The notes under the pieces are model-generated. The model was given only the letters and a program-made list of their open reading frames with translations. It was not told the origin of the DNA and did no database searches. A program made the translations under genes and the position numbers. This document shows, piece by piece, positions 20,536 through 34,584 of a stretch of 64,000 nucleotides of DNA (its first letter is position 1; every line of letters begins with the position of its first letter). Origin of the DNA: Octopus vulgaris (lineage: Eukaryota); NCBI GenBank assembly GCA_951406725.2, contig OX597817.1:127348001-127412000 (forward strand), given 5' to 3'.

Positions 20536-22929
20536 GCAAATTAATATATGCGTGTGTGTGTGTGTGTAATTTTGCTGATGAGGTTAAACAAAATCGAAAC
20601 AAGTTCACAGACACAGATAAAATTTTCTCCTAAAGTATAAGTTGAATGTACTATGAAATAGAATTCCTAATGTTGAAATTATTTTCTTTTCTTTTCATAT
20701 ATATCTTCTGACGACAATGAAACATAATTTTCAGCTCATTAAAAATTATACATTCGTTATTCAGTCTCCCAATAGCTAATAGTATTATTTAAATACATGC
20801 AATTTGTCAGTTCTACGTCTTTCATTTAACTTAGTTTCTAATATTTACATGACAAAATTTCATATACTTGCTTAGAAAATTTCCTTTAAAATATTTCCGT
20901 ATCTCCTATAAGGCTTTGCTAGGAGAAACTTGCAGAATATTCCGTAAAGTTTTCCACCATATATCAAAGATTACACGTATCAGTAATACAATATTATAAC
21001 CAATAAAATCTTGAGGTAGACCTATTCGCCTAGCCAATCTCTTAAAAATTTGTAGACAGTGGTGTTCATGTAGTTCCAGGTTCGTTCCAACTTCACTGCC
21101 GCTTCTGTAGGTTACGTTCTATAGTTTTGGGGTTGAATGAAACTATAAGAATGAAATGGGATCGGTTGACATTGTGTCGTAGCCCATGAATGGATTGTAT
21201 CTTTTCTTGGATGGTCAATTTGATGCGCTGTATTATTTAAGATCGCCACTAAATTATAAAACATTTTTTAAAGTATCATTTCCTTTACAAGCATTCGTTC
21301 AAGAAGACCAGTATGAGAATAAACTACATGTAATTTTGTTTTCACTCCTTTCCAGACAACCTCAGAAATCTACCATGAACTATTAGATTTTGCTATTCCT
21401 CATTTGCCTGAGCAATAGAACATACCTGGCAGAGGAGAAATATGATCTAAGACGGTCCATATATTGTATATCTAGAAATATTTTATCTAGTACTACCTTC
21501 GTTATTTCAGACAATATGTATGCTTTATAGAACATGTTTTTACTTCTATCAAATCAACAAAAATACAAAGTGTCACACTAATTGTCTGATTTCTACAAAA
21601 CGTCTTGGTTCTTTGCGTGACGTAGATTCACTCATTTAGGTTCGAAATTCAAGTACGTTTGAGATCAACTTTACTTAATTTCGTTGAGAAATCATTTGCT
21701 AAACAAAAGTAATATAGTAGATCAACTCTCTTGCGAATATTTGTAAAGCATGAGCCTTATGTTGATACGTTAATTTACTATTACGAGAATGATTATATTT
21801 CGATAAAGGGGTTAACGTAAAGTCTGGATACATGAGCCAGCGTGCATATTTTCAATAATTCCATTCAACAGCATTATTGATTAACATTATCAACATGGTT
21901 TCCTCTATCAGTATCCAGTCATTGTGGTCACCTGTAAATTACAGTCATTTTACCATCAAAACTATTACTGTTGCTAAGGGCACCAGGAACACCAATATTC
22001 CTACCAACATCATTGCTGCAATTATAGGTAACATCGTTATCAGTGTATCAGCAGTCACCGCTACTAACACAAAAGCAACAACATTAACAGTACTCCAACT
22101 AATACTCTAACTACAACTACCACAGCCATCACTACTACAAATACTTCATCTTACACTAGTGCTACGATACATCCTTCTTCATTAACACCTCTTCACTCAA
22201 ACTGCTACAGCCGAGGTCAAAACAGCTTCAACAGCTCCACTACCACCACAGTCAGCGCTTCTAACACTATTCTATCTACCAGCAATACCCCAACTGCACC
22301 TGTTAACAAGAATACTCCTGTTAACAACACTATCGCTGGCCACTGCCATTGGCTATTCGCCAGGGCCCTCTTAGCATCGTTATAGGCCCCCGGGAAAATC
22401 AAAGCACTCGTCCTTATAGCACTTATTTATTAATTATTTAGCCACAGAATTCATAGATCAAAATTTTACCCTTACATATGTGAGACTCCTGAGCCACTGC
22501 CCAGTGTTCCCATATCTTGAGGCAGTCATAGCTGTACAACCACCACCAGCACAGCTAGTACAATTGCCGCTGTTTAGTTCACATCATAAACGCTACGACA
22601 CTCCAGTCATCATCACTTCAAGGCACATCCCTAATACTGCAACTTAAACCCACACTATTACCAATGCCTCAACCAGCACTATAGATACCACTTCGGCAAG
22701 AATGCAACTATCACTGCAGTCCATTCCAATAATGATACTTCAGTGAACACTCCGACAACTGCCACTAAAACTAATGCTACAAACCCTACTGCAAGTAAAC
22801 CAACCACCACTACCACCATCATCATCACTGCATCTGCGAATTTTACTATCATTGCTACTACTACGAACTGGAGTAATGTTATTGATGTTGCTATGGTGAG
22901 GACTACAATTCCCACAAGTTCTTTCCAGT

Positions 22930-23227
22930 TTGTTCCTTGTCGAGCCATGTCTGGCTCATAAGGGCCGGTTTCCCGGTTTCCTTGGCGTATAGGTTCCCCA
23001 CTTGGACGGGACGCCGGTCCATCACAGGTGAGCTACTAGATGCAGGGGGAAAGAGTGAGAGAAAGTTGTGGCAAAAGAGTCAGCAGAAGTTCGTCATTAC
23101 CTTCTGCCGGAGCCGCATGGAGCTTACGTGTTTCGCTCATAAACACACACATTTCCCGGTCTGAGATTCGAACCCGCGATCCCTCGACCGTGAGTCCGCT
23201 GCTCTAACCACTAGGCAATGTGCTTCT
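22930..23227 (-). mobile_element. tRNA(Arg)-like-headed SINE, second subfamily, 16-bp TSD
   Basis: Head TGCCTAGTGGTTAGAGCAGCGGACTCACGGTC..GGTTCGAATC is shared with 12888-13273 but the 3' half differs. TSD ACAA(G/C)TTCTTTCCAGT at 22914-22929 and 23228-23243. Confidence 0.85.
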
Positions 23228-24096
23228 ACAACTTCTTTCCAGTGCGCAGCTACAGTCACTTTCAAAGTCACAACTAATACTTATGACAATCTGCAGCTCC
23301 AACAGAGGAGGTTGTCTCAATGTAGTCGCTCGAATTGCTAGAAATAATAGCTAAATCTGCGAGACATCAATATGAAACAATGCATTAGAAATCGTAATCC
23401 AGTACAAAAAAAGAAAATAGGGACTTGGCGGCGGTCACAGTTGGAAAGCCTTTGCAAGTTGGTCTCCTCGTTCAGGGTTGAAACGGGACTAACCAATAAC
23501 AACAATCGCCACTACTACTATGACTGCCATTAATTTATTTACTGTTTCTACCACCACAACAGCGACGACTAACACCGCAGTCACTCCTGCCAATACGTCA
23601 CTACCGTTAGTATCATTATATTTCTTTACGACCACTACCAGAGCAATGAACAGGCATTACTACGATCACAACCACCACCCCAACACCACACACTAACATT
23701 ATCACCGCAGCCGCTACCACCACCACCCCACTGCTACCACTACCATTATGAACATTGAAAACAAAAACAACAAAATTCTTAGACAGAAACAAAGAATTTG
23801 CATATTAGTTATTCTTAAAAGACGGAAGTTAGACAGAACAACAAAGGTTGTGTTTTGTTTTTATTGTGTCTGTGTATGCCAGTGCATGTGTATGGGACGT
23901 GTATATAGTGTGTTTACGGTGTGCGTTTGTGTATATGTTTGTTTATTTGTTTGTTTGTGTGCATGTGTGTCTATGCGTGAAAGAGAGAGCTTGAGTGTGT
24001 GTGTAAACGCACACCATTTATAGACAACTGAGGCGTGCGTATGTGTATGGTTGTATATGAATGTGTATTTATGTGTATACATATATATATGTATAT

Positions 24097-24131
<35 letters not shown>

Positions 24132-25689
24132 CGTCACTTATATAAGCATATATATGTACATGTATATATACATATGCCTATACATACACATTTATATAGA
24201 TGTACATACATACATAATATATAAAAATATATGCTTTCGCGTTTATGTGTATATGTATACTAGTTGTGTGCGTGTGTGTATGCGTGTGTGTGTTTGTATG
24301 TGTGTGTGTTGTGATGGATATGTATGTGTTTTGTATTTGATGTAATGTCTGTCTGTGTTGTGTATATGCCGCCATGCTGTGTATGTGCAGTGGAGGCTGG
24401 GTATGCACTGTCTATATACCGCGATGGTTGTGTATACGCTGTGTATGTGTGTTGATAGACATATGCTTTTTCTTTTTTTTTTTCTTTTCTATGAATGTTT
24501 TCGTTAGATTTTTCTTCTTGTAAAACAATCCCGAAATACAAAATATAATAAAATATGAATTAATTAATAATGAAAACTATAGAAAAATTGTGTTAATCAC
24601 TTGTTTAGAAAATTTAGTAGATTTTTCGTGACTAAGAAAGAAGTGGAAGCACGAACGATCGAATGGGCAAGATGCAGAATTACGAAGCTCAATAATCAGT
24701 GATTCGATTCCACTCATCAGTGGATATTGTGTTGTGTTCCTTATCATGATAGTTAGAGCTCATGCAAGTGAATCAAACTATCTATGAGGAGTTACAGTCG
24801 CAGAGGTTAGCTGCTTTGAAGATGTGAACACAGATTCGAAAACAGAAAGAACATTTACAAACGTTTGACAGGAATTCTGCAGCTACTCAACCCTGATTCA
24901 AATTAACATTTATCTCAATGGTTATGGCTGAAGTTATGTTAGTAATATCTAAGTGAAAAATGTAGTTAAAACATAAGGTTTTGAGAAGAGAAAAGAAGCC
25001 GGATAACATGCATAAGTTGGATATGATGTATCACGTATCGTTATAAAAATTCAGCCAATGAAGTTCTGTTTCTTTGTTAGAAACACGCTCATTCCTTTCC
25101 TTTCGTGTGAAGTTGTAATATATAAAGCATGACAAGAAGTATTACAACTGCAGCACACGACCTTGTCTGAGTTTATGTGAGTTTATTAATGCTTAAAATA
25201 AATGCTGTTTTGCAGAGAATAATAGCATCCAAGACATTTAGAATATCTTCATGAAAATGCAGAAAATATGCAAATACAAAACCTAAAATAAAAATTTTAC
25301 TCATACATCTAAGAGAGAGGGGGGAAAGAGTCTGTGTGTGTGTGCGTGTGTGTGTGTCTTTCTGTCTGTCTGTATGTATGTGTTTGTATTTTCTGGGAAT
25401 GCATGATGTTTTTAAAGAATACCCTTCAATTTTACATAATTATTCTTTTCTTTTTTAATCAGTAATATTTACCAATGTCTGCTACTGTGCTTGACGGTCT
25501 GCGCGAGTTAAAAGCAGTATACATTTGTATTGTTTTGATTTGAGGATAAAGTGACACATAATTGGGTACAGGGGTAAAATCCTAATAAATTCCAGCGCTG
25601 CGTTTCTGCGCAATACTGATGCTCATTGTAGACGAAAGATATACTAGGAACGGAAACCGTTTAAATATCAAATACACATCTGTCTGAAT

Positions 25690-28230
25690 GGGAAGAATTC
25701 GTACAAATGCGACTACTTAAGCTTTGGCAAAATCTGTTTTGATTGTTATGCGGAAGCACTTTCTTCCCTATGGAATGGAGTTACATTACAACGTAGACGG
25801 GTATGTCGATTTCTAAGAATGATGAGACCTTATTTCATCACGATAAGAGCCCGTGTTATAAAATTTTAGAAATATTCTTTCTTCCTCTTTTTAGGTGCCA
25901 CGTCCAAGAATATAAGACACAGATGGTCATGTTCTCCCATAATTCTCTCTTCTTAGTTTTCTGTAACAGTTCCACGTCCAAATGTTTAATGCATTTTCCT
26001 TCCAGCCAGCAAACTACTATTTGCAACATATATATCGTCAGAAATATTCAGTGAATTTTTAAAACGCTATTTTACTTCTCATATTGTGACTCTTTTACCA
26101 TATTATCATATATAACAGACTCTCATGGAAGAAGACACAAAATACTTGAAGCTTATTTTATTTACTGGAGCTAATATAACACATTTTCGAATCCATATAC
26201 CATCATTCAAGTGGAACGGATATTTAGGTATACTTTAACCACCAGGTCATATTTGTTGCGAGTTTGATTTCCCAACTGGGTAGTTGAATTTTTAGCTTCT
26301 CATTGTCAGCTGAGACCTTCTCATTTCAAATAAATTGCCTAATTCACTCTTTGTCATGTTTCCTAATAGGGACAATTAATTATTAGATAATCACAACCTC
26401 TAGGATATTTATGCGGCAACTAGCGAAATCATTACTACCTCGAAGTTATATCTCGCGAGATATAAAGCTTTAAGGCAAACATTAAGCTTAATTTATGCTT
26501 AATTTCAGGTGTGCCCTAACGTGTCACAGGTGAAATTTGACAGAAATCACTTGCAACAGAGACATTTCTTTCATAATTGTCATTGCCTTTTTTAACTATT
26601 TTTTTAATAACCGAACCAGTAATTCAAGCTCATATATGAGAGCCGTTTCTACTTTCATCACACACAATTAATTGACCAATTGTTAAAGCAACTACAATAC
26701 TAAATTTTCTGTTTAGTTTTGCAGGTGGGTGCATTTCAGCATATTGGAAGCTTAATCATGGAGAGAACAACTGTTAAACTATTCAAATGTGTTGCAACTA
26801 TGCCAGAGGAGGCTGCTCTAAATGCTATTCTCTGTAGATTCTGACTGGCAAGGATCATGTTCAGTTTTAAAGAATGCTTTACTTGTTCCCTCAAGAACTG
26901 GCAACTTAATTACTGTTTTCTTTGCAATGGCTAAATGACCAAAATTCATTACAGAAACTTCTTAGGTGATTTATCAATTTTAGCTATTGATTTTTCAACA
27001 TATTCGTAGCTGAATTTGCTTTATGGTGCTACTCAGAACACCTCACAATTCAATGAGATTTTTTTACGTTGTCTTTTAGTTTACTACATGCAAAATAGTT
27101 AACATCTTCGCGATATTGACAGTTTCAAATCTTCCACTTTGTTAGAGTGAGGTTGAAGATATACTCTACGACGCCTTATTAAGGAATGGCCTTACTGGTC
27201 TTTGTTGTGATGGTATCTGGTAGATTACTTAGCAATTTTCTGGAGGAAGATTTAGATATGACTGATTTCATCATGTGATGTGGATGACAATGAAATAGTA
27301 ATAGTAGAAAAGGAGATATTGGAATGTTTTCATGCTTTATTTCTGTGGCCATCATCTTCTAGAAACTCAGGTTCCTCATATGTTTTGTTTATTTGTCCTT
27401 TTTTTTAATACAATAGATCTTTTTCCATATACAGTTGCCAAATATTGAAATAAGGAAGGTTTTTGAAATTTAATAATTGTATCATCGCACCTGCGTTTCG
27501 TTCATTCGAACATCAGGTTATCCGAGAATAAGTATGATATTTTCCTCATTTCTTTGCAAGCATTTTCTTTCCTCATGCCAAATGGACTGCCATAGTGTAA
27601 AAAGAGCTTTGGTAAATTCAACAGTTTTACATAACTGAAAAAAGTATGTGAGTTTGGAAGTAGGTCTGCAACCATGGGCATCACAATCAGGTAGCATTTA
27701 TTGGTTGGAAAGTTCAGAACTGTAGTCGCTTCTTTATTACTCTTTATATATCTGCCTGTCTGGTAAGTCGTAACCTCAACATGGCATTCTGAATTTGAAT
27801 CTGCAAAAGAGAACTTGACTACTGCTTTTGAACATATACTTTTAAACGTAATGAATAGAATTGACTGAATTGCAAAATTCAACATCGACATGTTGGTTAA
27901 AGATCTTTGAAAGCAATATTTGAAATGGAGCTAGCCATTCAGAGTCTATTTCAATAGCTGAAATTGTTTGTTTGATTGTGGCTGTGAATCTTCTTTTGTT
28001 TAGTTGTCTTCTTTTGTACAATGAATATATAGTTTTTCATCTCTTTGCAGCTCATCCAGTAAAGAACACGAATATCTCTTCATGCATTTGTTACCTCTCT
28101 GTTTAAATGTTCACATATGAAGAATTTGCATTTCTACAACCTTATAGAGGGTAAGACTGGAATTTTTATCTGGTTCTTCAACTGAAAGATTAACGTCTAT
28201 TTCAAGTCACTGCCAGAAATGTCATACGTA
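25690..28230 (-). pseudogene. Heavily decayed Helitron Rep/Pif1-helicase relic
   Basis: Colinear degenerate motifs on minus: IDVNLSVEEPD, KCMKRY, HVDVEFCNSVNSI, YQTGRYI..LNFP, TFFQLCKTVEF, Walker-A-like EGTSKAF, AASSGIVAT, IKLP, ILRN..RCNVT. Confidence 0.75.
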
Positions 28231-31200
28231 TTATGTTGAATACAAATCTAAATGTTCGATACTTTAACAGATAATACTCACTATTTGTCGGTACCTGGAG
28301 GCGTGGATTAATAATGGTGCTGCACTCACGTTTGTAAGATTGTGGTTTCCATTTCTAGACTGGGTGATGTATTGTATTCGTGAAGAAAAGACTTAATTTC
28401 TCGCTGCTCCAGATCACTCAGCTGGTAAAAAGGAGTAATCTTGCGACGGATCGGCCTCCTGTCTAATTGGAGTGTAGATAGTATACATCATACAATCCGG
28501 GAAACAGGCGATATAACTCTAAGGCTCGGGAAGGATCTTTGTTCATATTCTTTTCTTTTAATTGGCGATGCAGACAACGAGTTTTCTGTAATAAATACAG
28601 TTAATTGTTTGGTTTTCATAATCATAAATGTATAATAATATACGATTAGTTCTAATGAATTTTGATTAAAGCGAAATCGTAGATGTAACCAACCATGCCT
28701 TTCATAAAAGTTTTATTGCCATTAGTGGAATGAAATAAAATCGGAAATCAAAACAGCATGTTAACCTCTGTATTATGTTATTATCTCTGAAAGATTACAT
28801 TGTAGATGTTGATTTTACAACCGTTCAGTTATCTTGTAAAAGCGCTTTTGTTATACCATTTAACTCTACGAACTTGCAATAAAGAAATATGTTAAAGCAT
28901 TTGGTCAAGATTTGGCCAACATTTCTTAAATGCCAGCTATGATCCTTTCACTGTTTAAGACCTCAAAATATGATATGATTTTCAAAACGGTAATAGATTA
29001 CATAAAGTAATTCGGAAGCTAACGAGTATAATCCTATTATATGCATTTTAGAATCTTTTTGACCAACTAATATTGTTGCCATCTAAAAACATTAGTTCTT
29101 CCTGTTGCTGATATTATTTAAAATCAGGTCAATTCTGATAGAGGAGACCTATGAACACTGATATTCCAGCTTTGACAATTCAATGGCAATTTTCTTCAAG
29201 ACAGTAGGGTGTGATTAGGGACCATGTAACAAATAATAGCTGTCCGAGCAGATCGAACAATGAGCAGGTTCTATCCCTTCTTTAACATATATAGCTTCAC
29301 AATCAACCGGGTCTAATGGCTCAAGAAAAGCCTGTGGAATATATATTTCTCATTTTTAAGTCACTTAAGACCTTTGAAGAGAATTTACTAATTGTATTAA
29401 ACAACGCATGTAATTTCTAGTAGATCCTCATATTTCTTTGCCAACGACAAGAAGGAACTTATAGAAATAGAGTTGGCTAAGTCTCTTTTTATTTGTTTTC
29501 AGCTCTTTGAACAACCAAGTGACATGAACCAAAATTATAACAAATGTGTAGTCGCTCCACATGCTGAAAATCCCAGCCAAATCTACTTCAAATTACATTC
29601 TACTACAGTCTTAGGAATACAAAGGTACACGTGTGTAACAAAGCCATTATAGATTTGGATACCTTAAAAATTATCTGTTATATCAGTGTTTCGAAGCTTT
29701 TGAACATGACCTGACAACTAACTAATCTTGACTACTAACTAATTGATAAGACATCACCAGATACCTGTAGTTTCTAGTGATGTCTTATCAACAGGAACCA
29801 AGTTATTTAGGGAAGTAGTTCTGATTCATATGTAAACTTGTAAAATACTTTATCATTTTAAAAGATGATAAAAGTCATCTGATGCAAAACGAAATTATGT
29901 TGACGTAGTCCCATTGAGAAAATAAATTGAAACAGAATCTCAATATCATTTTGATACCGCCTTAAAAGAATTAGGGTGTTTGTTTCAATTTATTTCAGAT
30001 AAATTCGAAATTGAACACACCACACAACTATATAAAAGACGTGTCATTATCTGTGTAGTGCCCATTCATAAAGGTGGTTGGAATTTCATCAAAGAAATTC
30101 GACTGCAACGTTAAACGTTCCGGGCAGCTAGGTAGAACATTACCACTATACTTGCTCAAAGGATTAATATGATAACAGACGTGATAGTCTTGCTGTGATT
30201 TTAACAATGTTTTTGTCTGATTCTTTTATCGAAATGAAAAACGAAAACAATAAATATCACATTGCTATTTCAGCTTGAGATTTGTTTACTTTTTTCGTTC
30301 GCTTTCACGTTTTTCTTTTCTGTTCTTTTCTCAGTTCAGAACAAACCGTAGTGCAAGAAGCTTGCTTAATAGCAGTGATAAAAGCAGTGTCTGATAAAAT
30401 CAAAAGAGCGTCCGGACACTTGATGACAAGTGATAATACAATGGTGTCAACAGATTTATCAGAACACTTGTATATTTTTACTGTTTCTTTTCGTAGTCGT
30501 TTTTTAGCAAATATATCTACCTTCTCTTTCTCTCTCAATTGTAATCTGTCAATATAGAAAACTGTATGAGTAAAACGTGAAGCTGCTCGAAGACATGTTC
30601 TTTGTGTTTCTTCTGATTACACTTAACACAAGAAATCATTGTTATTCACAAGAACGTTGTATATTAAAATACTCCAAACCATAGTATATTACTGGTACAA
30701 ATGGGATCTGCCACGTGTTTCAAATACTCAACATTTTTTATGTAACAGTCAAATACTCTCCAAATCATTTTACAAGCTTAAAAGAAAGTCAGAATGCATT
30801 CGTGACAAAAAGTTATTTTAGAGCTAAGTTCTGGACCACTATTACTAACAACATCAACAAAAACAACAGTAAATACGTCAGATCTATCAGAAATTCACCT
30901 CAGAAGAGTAACGTTCGTTACATAATCTATTGAGGTTTAGTTCTATATGTATTTTCTTTTTCTAATGAATGTGAAATTACAGAATGCTGATGAGGTTAAC
31001 ATGCTAGTGACTTGTATTTAATTTTGCATTTTAACAAATATAGTATTTGGAAATACAGAGGTGGGAAATGTTCAAAAGCTTCATCAAACATTATTAACAT
31101 TATCAACAAACGAAGACTTCAATAGTGAATTGTAAAATACCACTCATAAATGCAAGCTGCAATCGAAGCAACAATCCATCCCGTTAACAGCTTATAGTTC

Positions 31201-31399
31201 GATGATATAGCTATACTTATTGCAATGGAACAATATTCGTTGCCAAAACAGTTAACACTCACTGACGAGGGTAGGTCACATGGTTATAAAATACCAACGA
31301 AGAAGTCTTTAAGAACTCACTCAACGTTTAAAAGACAGCAGCCAAATTTCTCTTGAATCCAATTCACATCGTTTTGCAAGAGGCAAGAATATGCTCAAA

Positions 31400-32290
31400 T
31401 GTCATTGATTTAGTCTAGTTCTGAATGATGTCATTAATCACTAATCTATTCTGACAAATACAAGGTTTCGTGTTTACAGTTTATGTTAATTCCAACGTTT
31501 CTCTGGAATCTGCTGACTTACAACATCAGCCCTAGCACAGTGGAGGACATGGAGACAAACATCAACAAGTACACGAGGAAGAGGCTTTGTGTCCCACCAG
31601 ATCTTACTGATGTCGCACTCTATAGTCACCACGCCAAACTGGAACTACCTCTCAAGCCCATCGTTAAGGAATACAAATTCAGAAATGCTTGACTGTTAAC
31701 TTGAAGATGCGAAATGTTGTGAGATCGATCCAGCCCAAACTGAAAACAGGCAGGAAATGAGAACTCCAAGACGCAGTGAAAGCACAACAGTATCTCCAAA
31801 AACATTCTACCCGGCCGAAAGCAGTAAATTATGGCCAGGAACAGGTATGCCATGGGAATCATGGAAATGGGGTCTTCTGGGTGGAATTGCTCACCATACC
31901 TCCAAAGATCAGCAAAACAACCAGAAATCACCAGGAAAGAGTTACTTGAGGCTAGACATCGTATTCCATTCCAATTCATCAAAGCAACTGATTTCGATTG
32001 AAGCATCCATGCCATTTGAAAGTAGAATAGAATACGTGTTAATGACCGAAAAATACACCAGTCTGTCCAACAGCTTGAGGGAAGATTCTGGGTCACAGTT
32101 TTTATTATGTAAGTTGAAGACACAGCTTTTGTGAGAAAATTTGCTTAAGATATAATGTAAAAATATTCAGTCTATAGGATGACCAGAGAAAAGGCCCTAA
32201 ATAAAATATCAGTGACAGAGGAGAGATGCCCCAGCTTGATCAGGTCGAAGGGAAACAAAGACGACATCCCTAGTGTTTGAAGGAAGTAAC
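31400..32290 (+). pseudogene. Decayed R2-group (Hero/NeSL-like) non-LTR ORF fragment
   Basis: KYKVSCLQFMLIPTFLWNLLTYNISPSTVEDMETNINKYTRKRLCVPP..VALYSHHAKLELPLKPIVKEYK and QPKLKTGRK resemble the post-RT region of Hero-type elements. Confidence 0.65.
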
Positions 32291-32587
32291 TTTGTGTTTC
32301 AATGCTTAGGGAAGAGACTCCCAGTGAGTCATTATGATAGCGTTGATGAGTTGCTGTTACCAAGACAAGCAACGTTATATCTTCTTTCAGTGTAAGAAAG
32401 TTGAGATATGTGAAGCAATTACAATTACACGAAATTTCCGTGCGGTTTAATTGCACGTTTCCGATATCGGAGTGGCTATAATTGTCAGTAGAAAAACACT
32501 CGAGAGTCATAACATGGATGCGGCCCAGTCCCCATGCAGTGCCCAGTCCACATGCAGTCTAAAACGTTATGGGACGAAACAATTATA

Positions 32588-32725
32588 TGACAGGCTTCTT
32601 CCAGTTTCCGTTTGATCATATATCGCAAGGCCTTGGTCGATGCGTGGCTATAGCAGAAGAAACTTGCCCGAGGTGTGACACATTGGGACTTAAACCGGAG
32701 CCATGAGGTCGGGAAGCAAACTTAT
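32588..32725 (-). mobile_element. Partial degenerate SINE (same family as 4460-12784)
   Basis: GACAGGCTTCTTCCAGTTTCCG...GGCTATAGCAGAAGA..CTTGCCCGAGGTG...GGGACT. Confidence 0.65.
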
Positions 32726-33180
32726 TATTAGCATAGAGCCACGTCTAATAATGAAATTAGTGTAGCAAATATTTAGGTCATTTGCATCACAGAGATCTCA
32801 GAGTCTTGACCCATATTTCATTATTTTTCACCTTACTTATTAATTGGAATATTTATCATATTGTATACCAATGTAGCCATAAAATCATCAGTCACGATGA
32901 CGGGGTAGTTTTCATGTGTTATGGAGGAGAAGAGGTCAAATTAAAGAGTAGGATCAATGCATAATGAAAAAAGTGGTTCAGTCAGATTCTAACGCTCAGA
33001 GTTGAAGAACATCCAAAGACATGTTACTGCTGATATATTTAATACTTTTTTCTCTACGGCAACGATCCACAGCTTGATACGATAAAAGAAAGCAAAACAA
33101 CGTCTTTTATCTGACACATTGTTGAATGAAATATATATATTCTAACCTATCAATCAAGAAATATAGTAAGACGTATAATT

Positions 33181-33182
<2 letters not shown>

Positions 33183-33274
<92 letters not shown>

Positions 33275-33436
33275 CATCAACATTATCATCATCATTATCA
33301 TCATCATCATTATTATCACTATTAGTATTGTCTTCATTATTATTGCTATTATCATGTTATACAATTGTTACCACTACTGCTCAGCTGCTGCTTCTTCTCT
33401 TGCTGCTGTAGCTACAACTTGTGATGGCAGTAGTAA

Positions 33437-33489
<53 letters not shown>

Positions 33490-33490
33490 A
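33183..33490. repeat. (ATT)n and (AGT)n microsatellites
   Basis: Direct reading; source of poly-I/S/V ORFs. Confidence 0.95.
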
Positions 33491-33797
33491 AATTACTATT
33501 GCTAGTGTTTCACGCCATTGTTACTATTATTCACATTCTTTCATCACAGACATCGTGTAATTTTTCTTACAGCTTTTGTTATTGTTGTTTTTTTTTTGTC
33601 TTGTTCTAAAGAATAGAATTGAAGTAGTACATGAACTCTGTTGGCTGCATAGAGAATAGTAGACACAGACAGGAGATATAAAATAAAGAATGCTCCAGAA
33701 GTCTAAAAAAATCCAGCAGAAAATGAATAGAAGTGTAACAGGCGGATACGTGGAGGGAAGCATACATGTCTTGTCTTTTATTTACGTACACCTATGC

Positions 33798-34100
<303 letters not shown>

Positions 34101-34584
34101 ATAGATGCATACTCACACACCCCTCACATACACATTCGTGCACTTACGTACATCCACACACGCATTCACATACATATATATATGTGTGAGTGTGTGTGAG
34201 GGTGTGTGTGTGTGTGTACATACATATGTATATACATATACTCATATGTATGCACAAAAGCTGACGTGCCCCAAACTGCCGCACACTATACAAGGGGAAT
34301 CAAAATCAATCTTAGTGATGTTTCTTTTTTCATTTTTACAAAAGTGCACAAGAATTGCGCATATAGATGATAATATATTTAGGCCTACATTATTAATTTT
34401 ACTCTTTTTCTCGTTTCAACCATGCAGCTGCGGTCATGCTCGAGCACCACCAAGGTCTTTCTGATTTCCTCACTCTGCTGTGTTTCACATCACCACTACT
34501 GCATGTGCCTTTGTCTCAGCTGTTGGCCCATTTGGTGCATAAGGGAGTTTGATTCTGCTATCTTCGTCTGCCTTTTGTCCTGAT

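Noticed and set aside
21880-23750. Thr-rich mucin-like coding region
   Set aside because: Decayed (ACT/ACC)n low-complexity DNA with frequent stops and a SINE insertion
30311-30395. Plus-strand splice acceptor with a short frame (FRTNRSARSLLNSSDKSSV-stop) as a terminal exon
   Set aside because: No recognisable product or partner exon; polypyrimidine-AG runs are common here
30987-31290. CTGATGAG (30987) and CTGACGAG (31262) as hammerhead cores
   Set aside because: No stem II closing onto GAAA and no stem I partner
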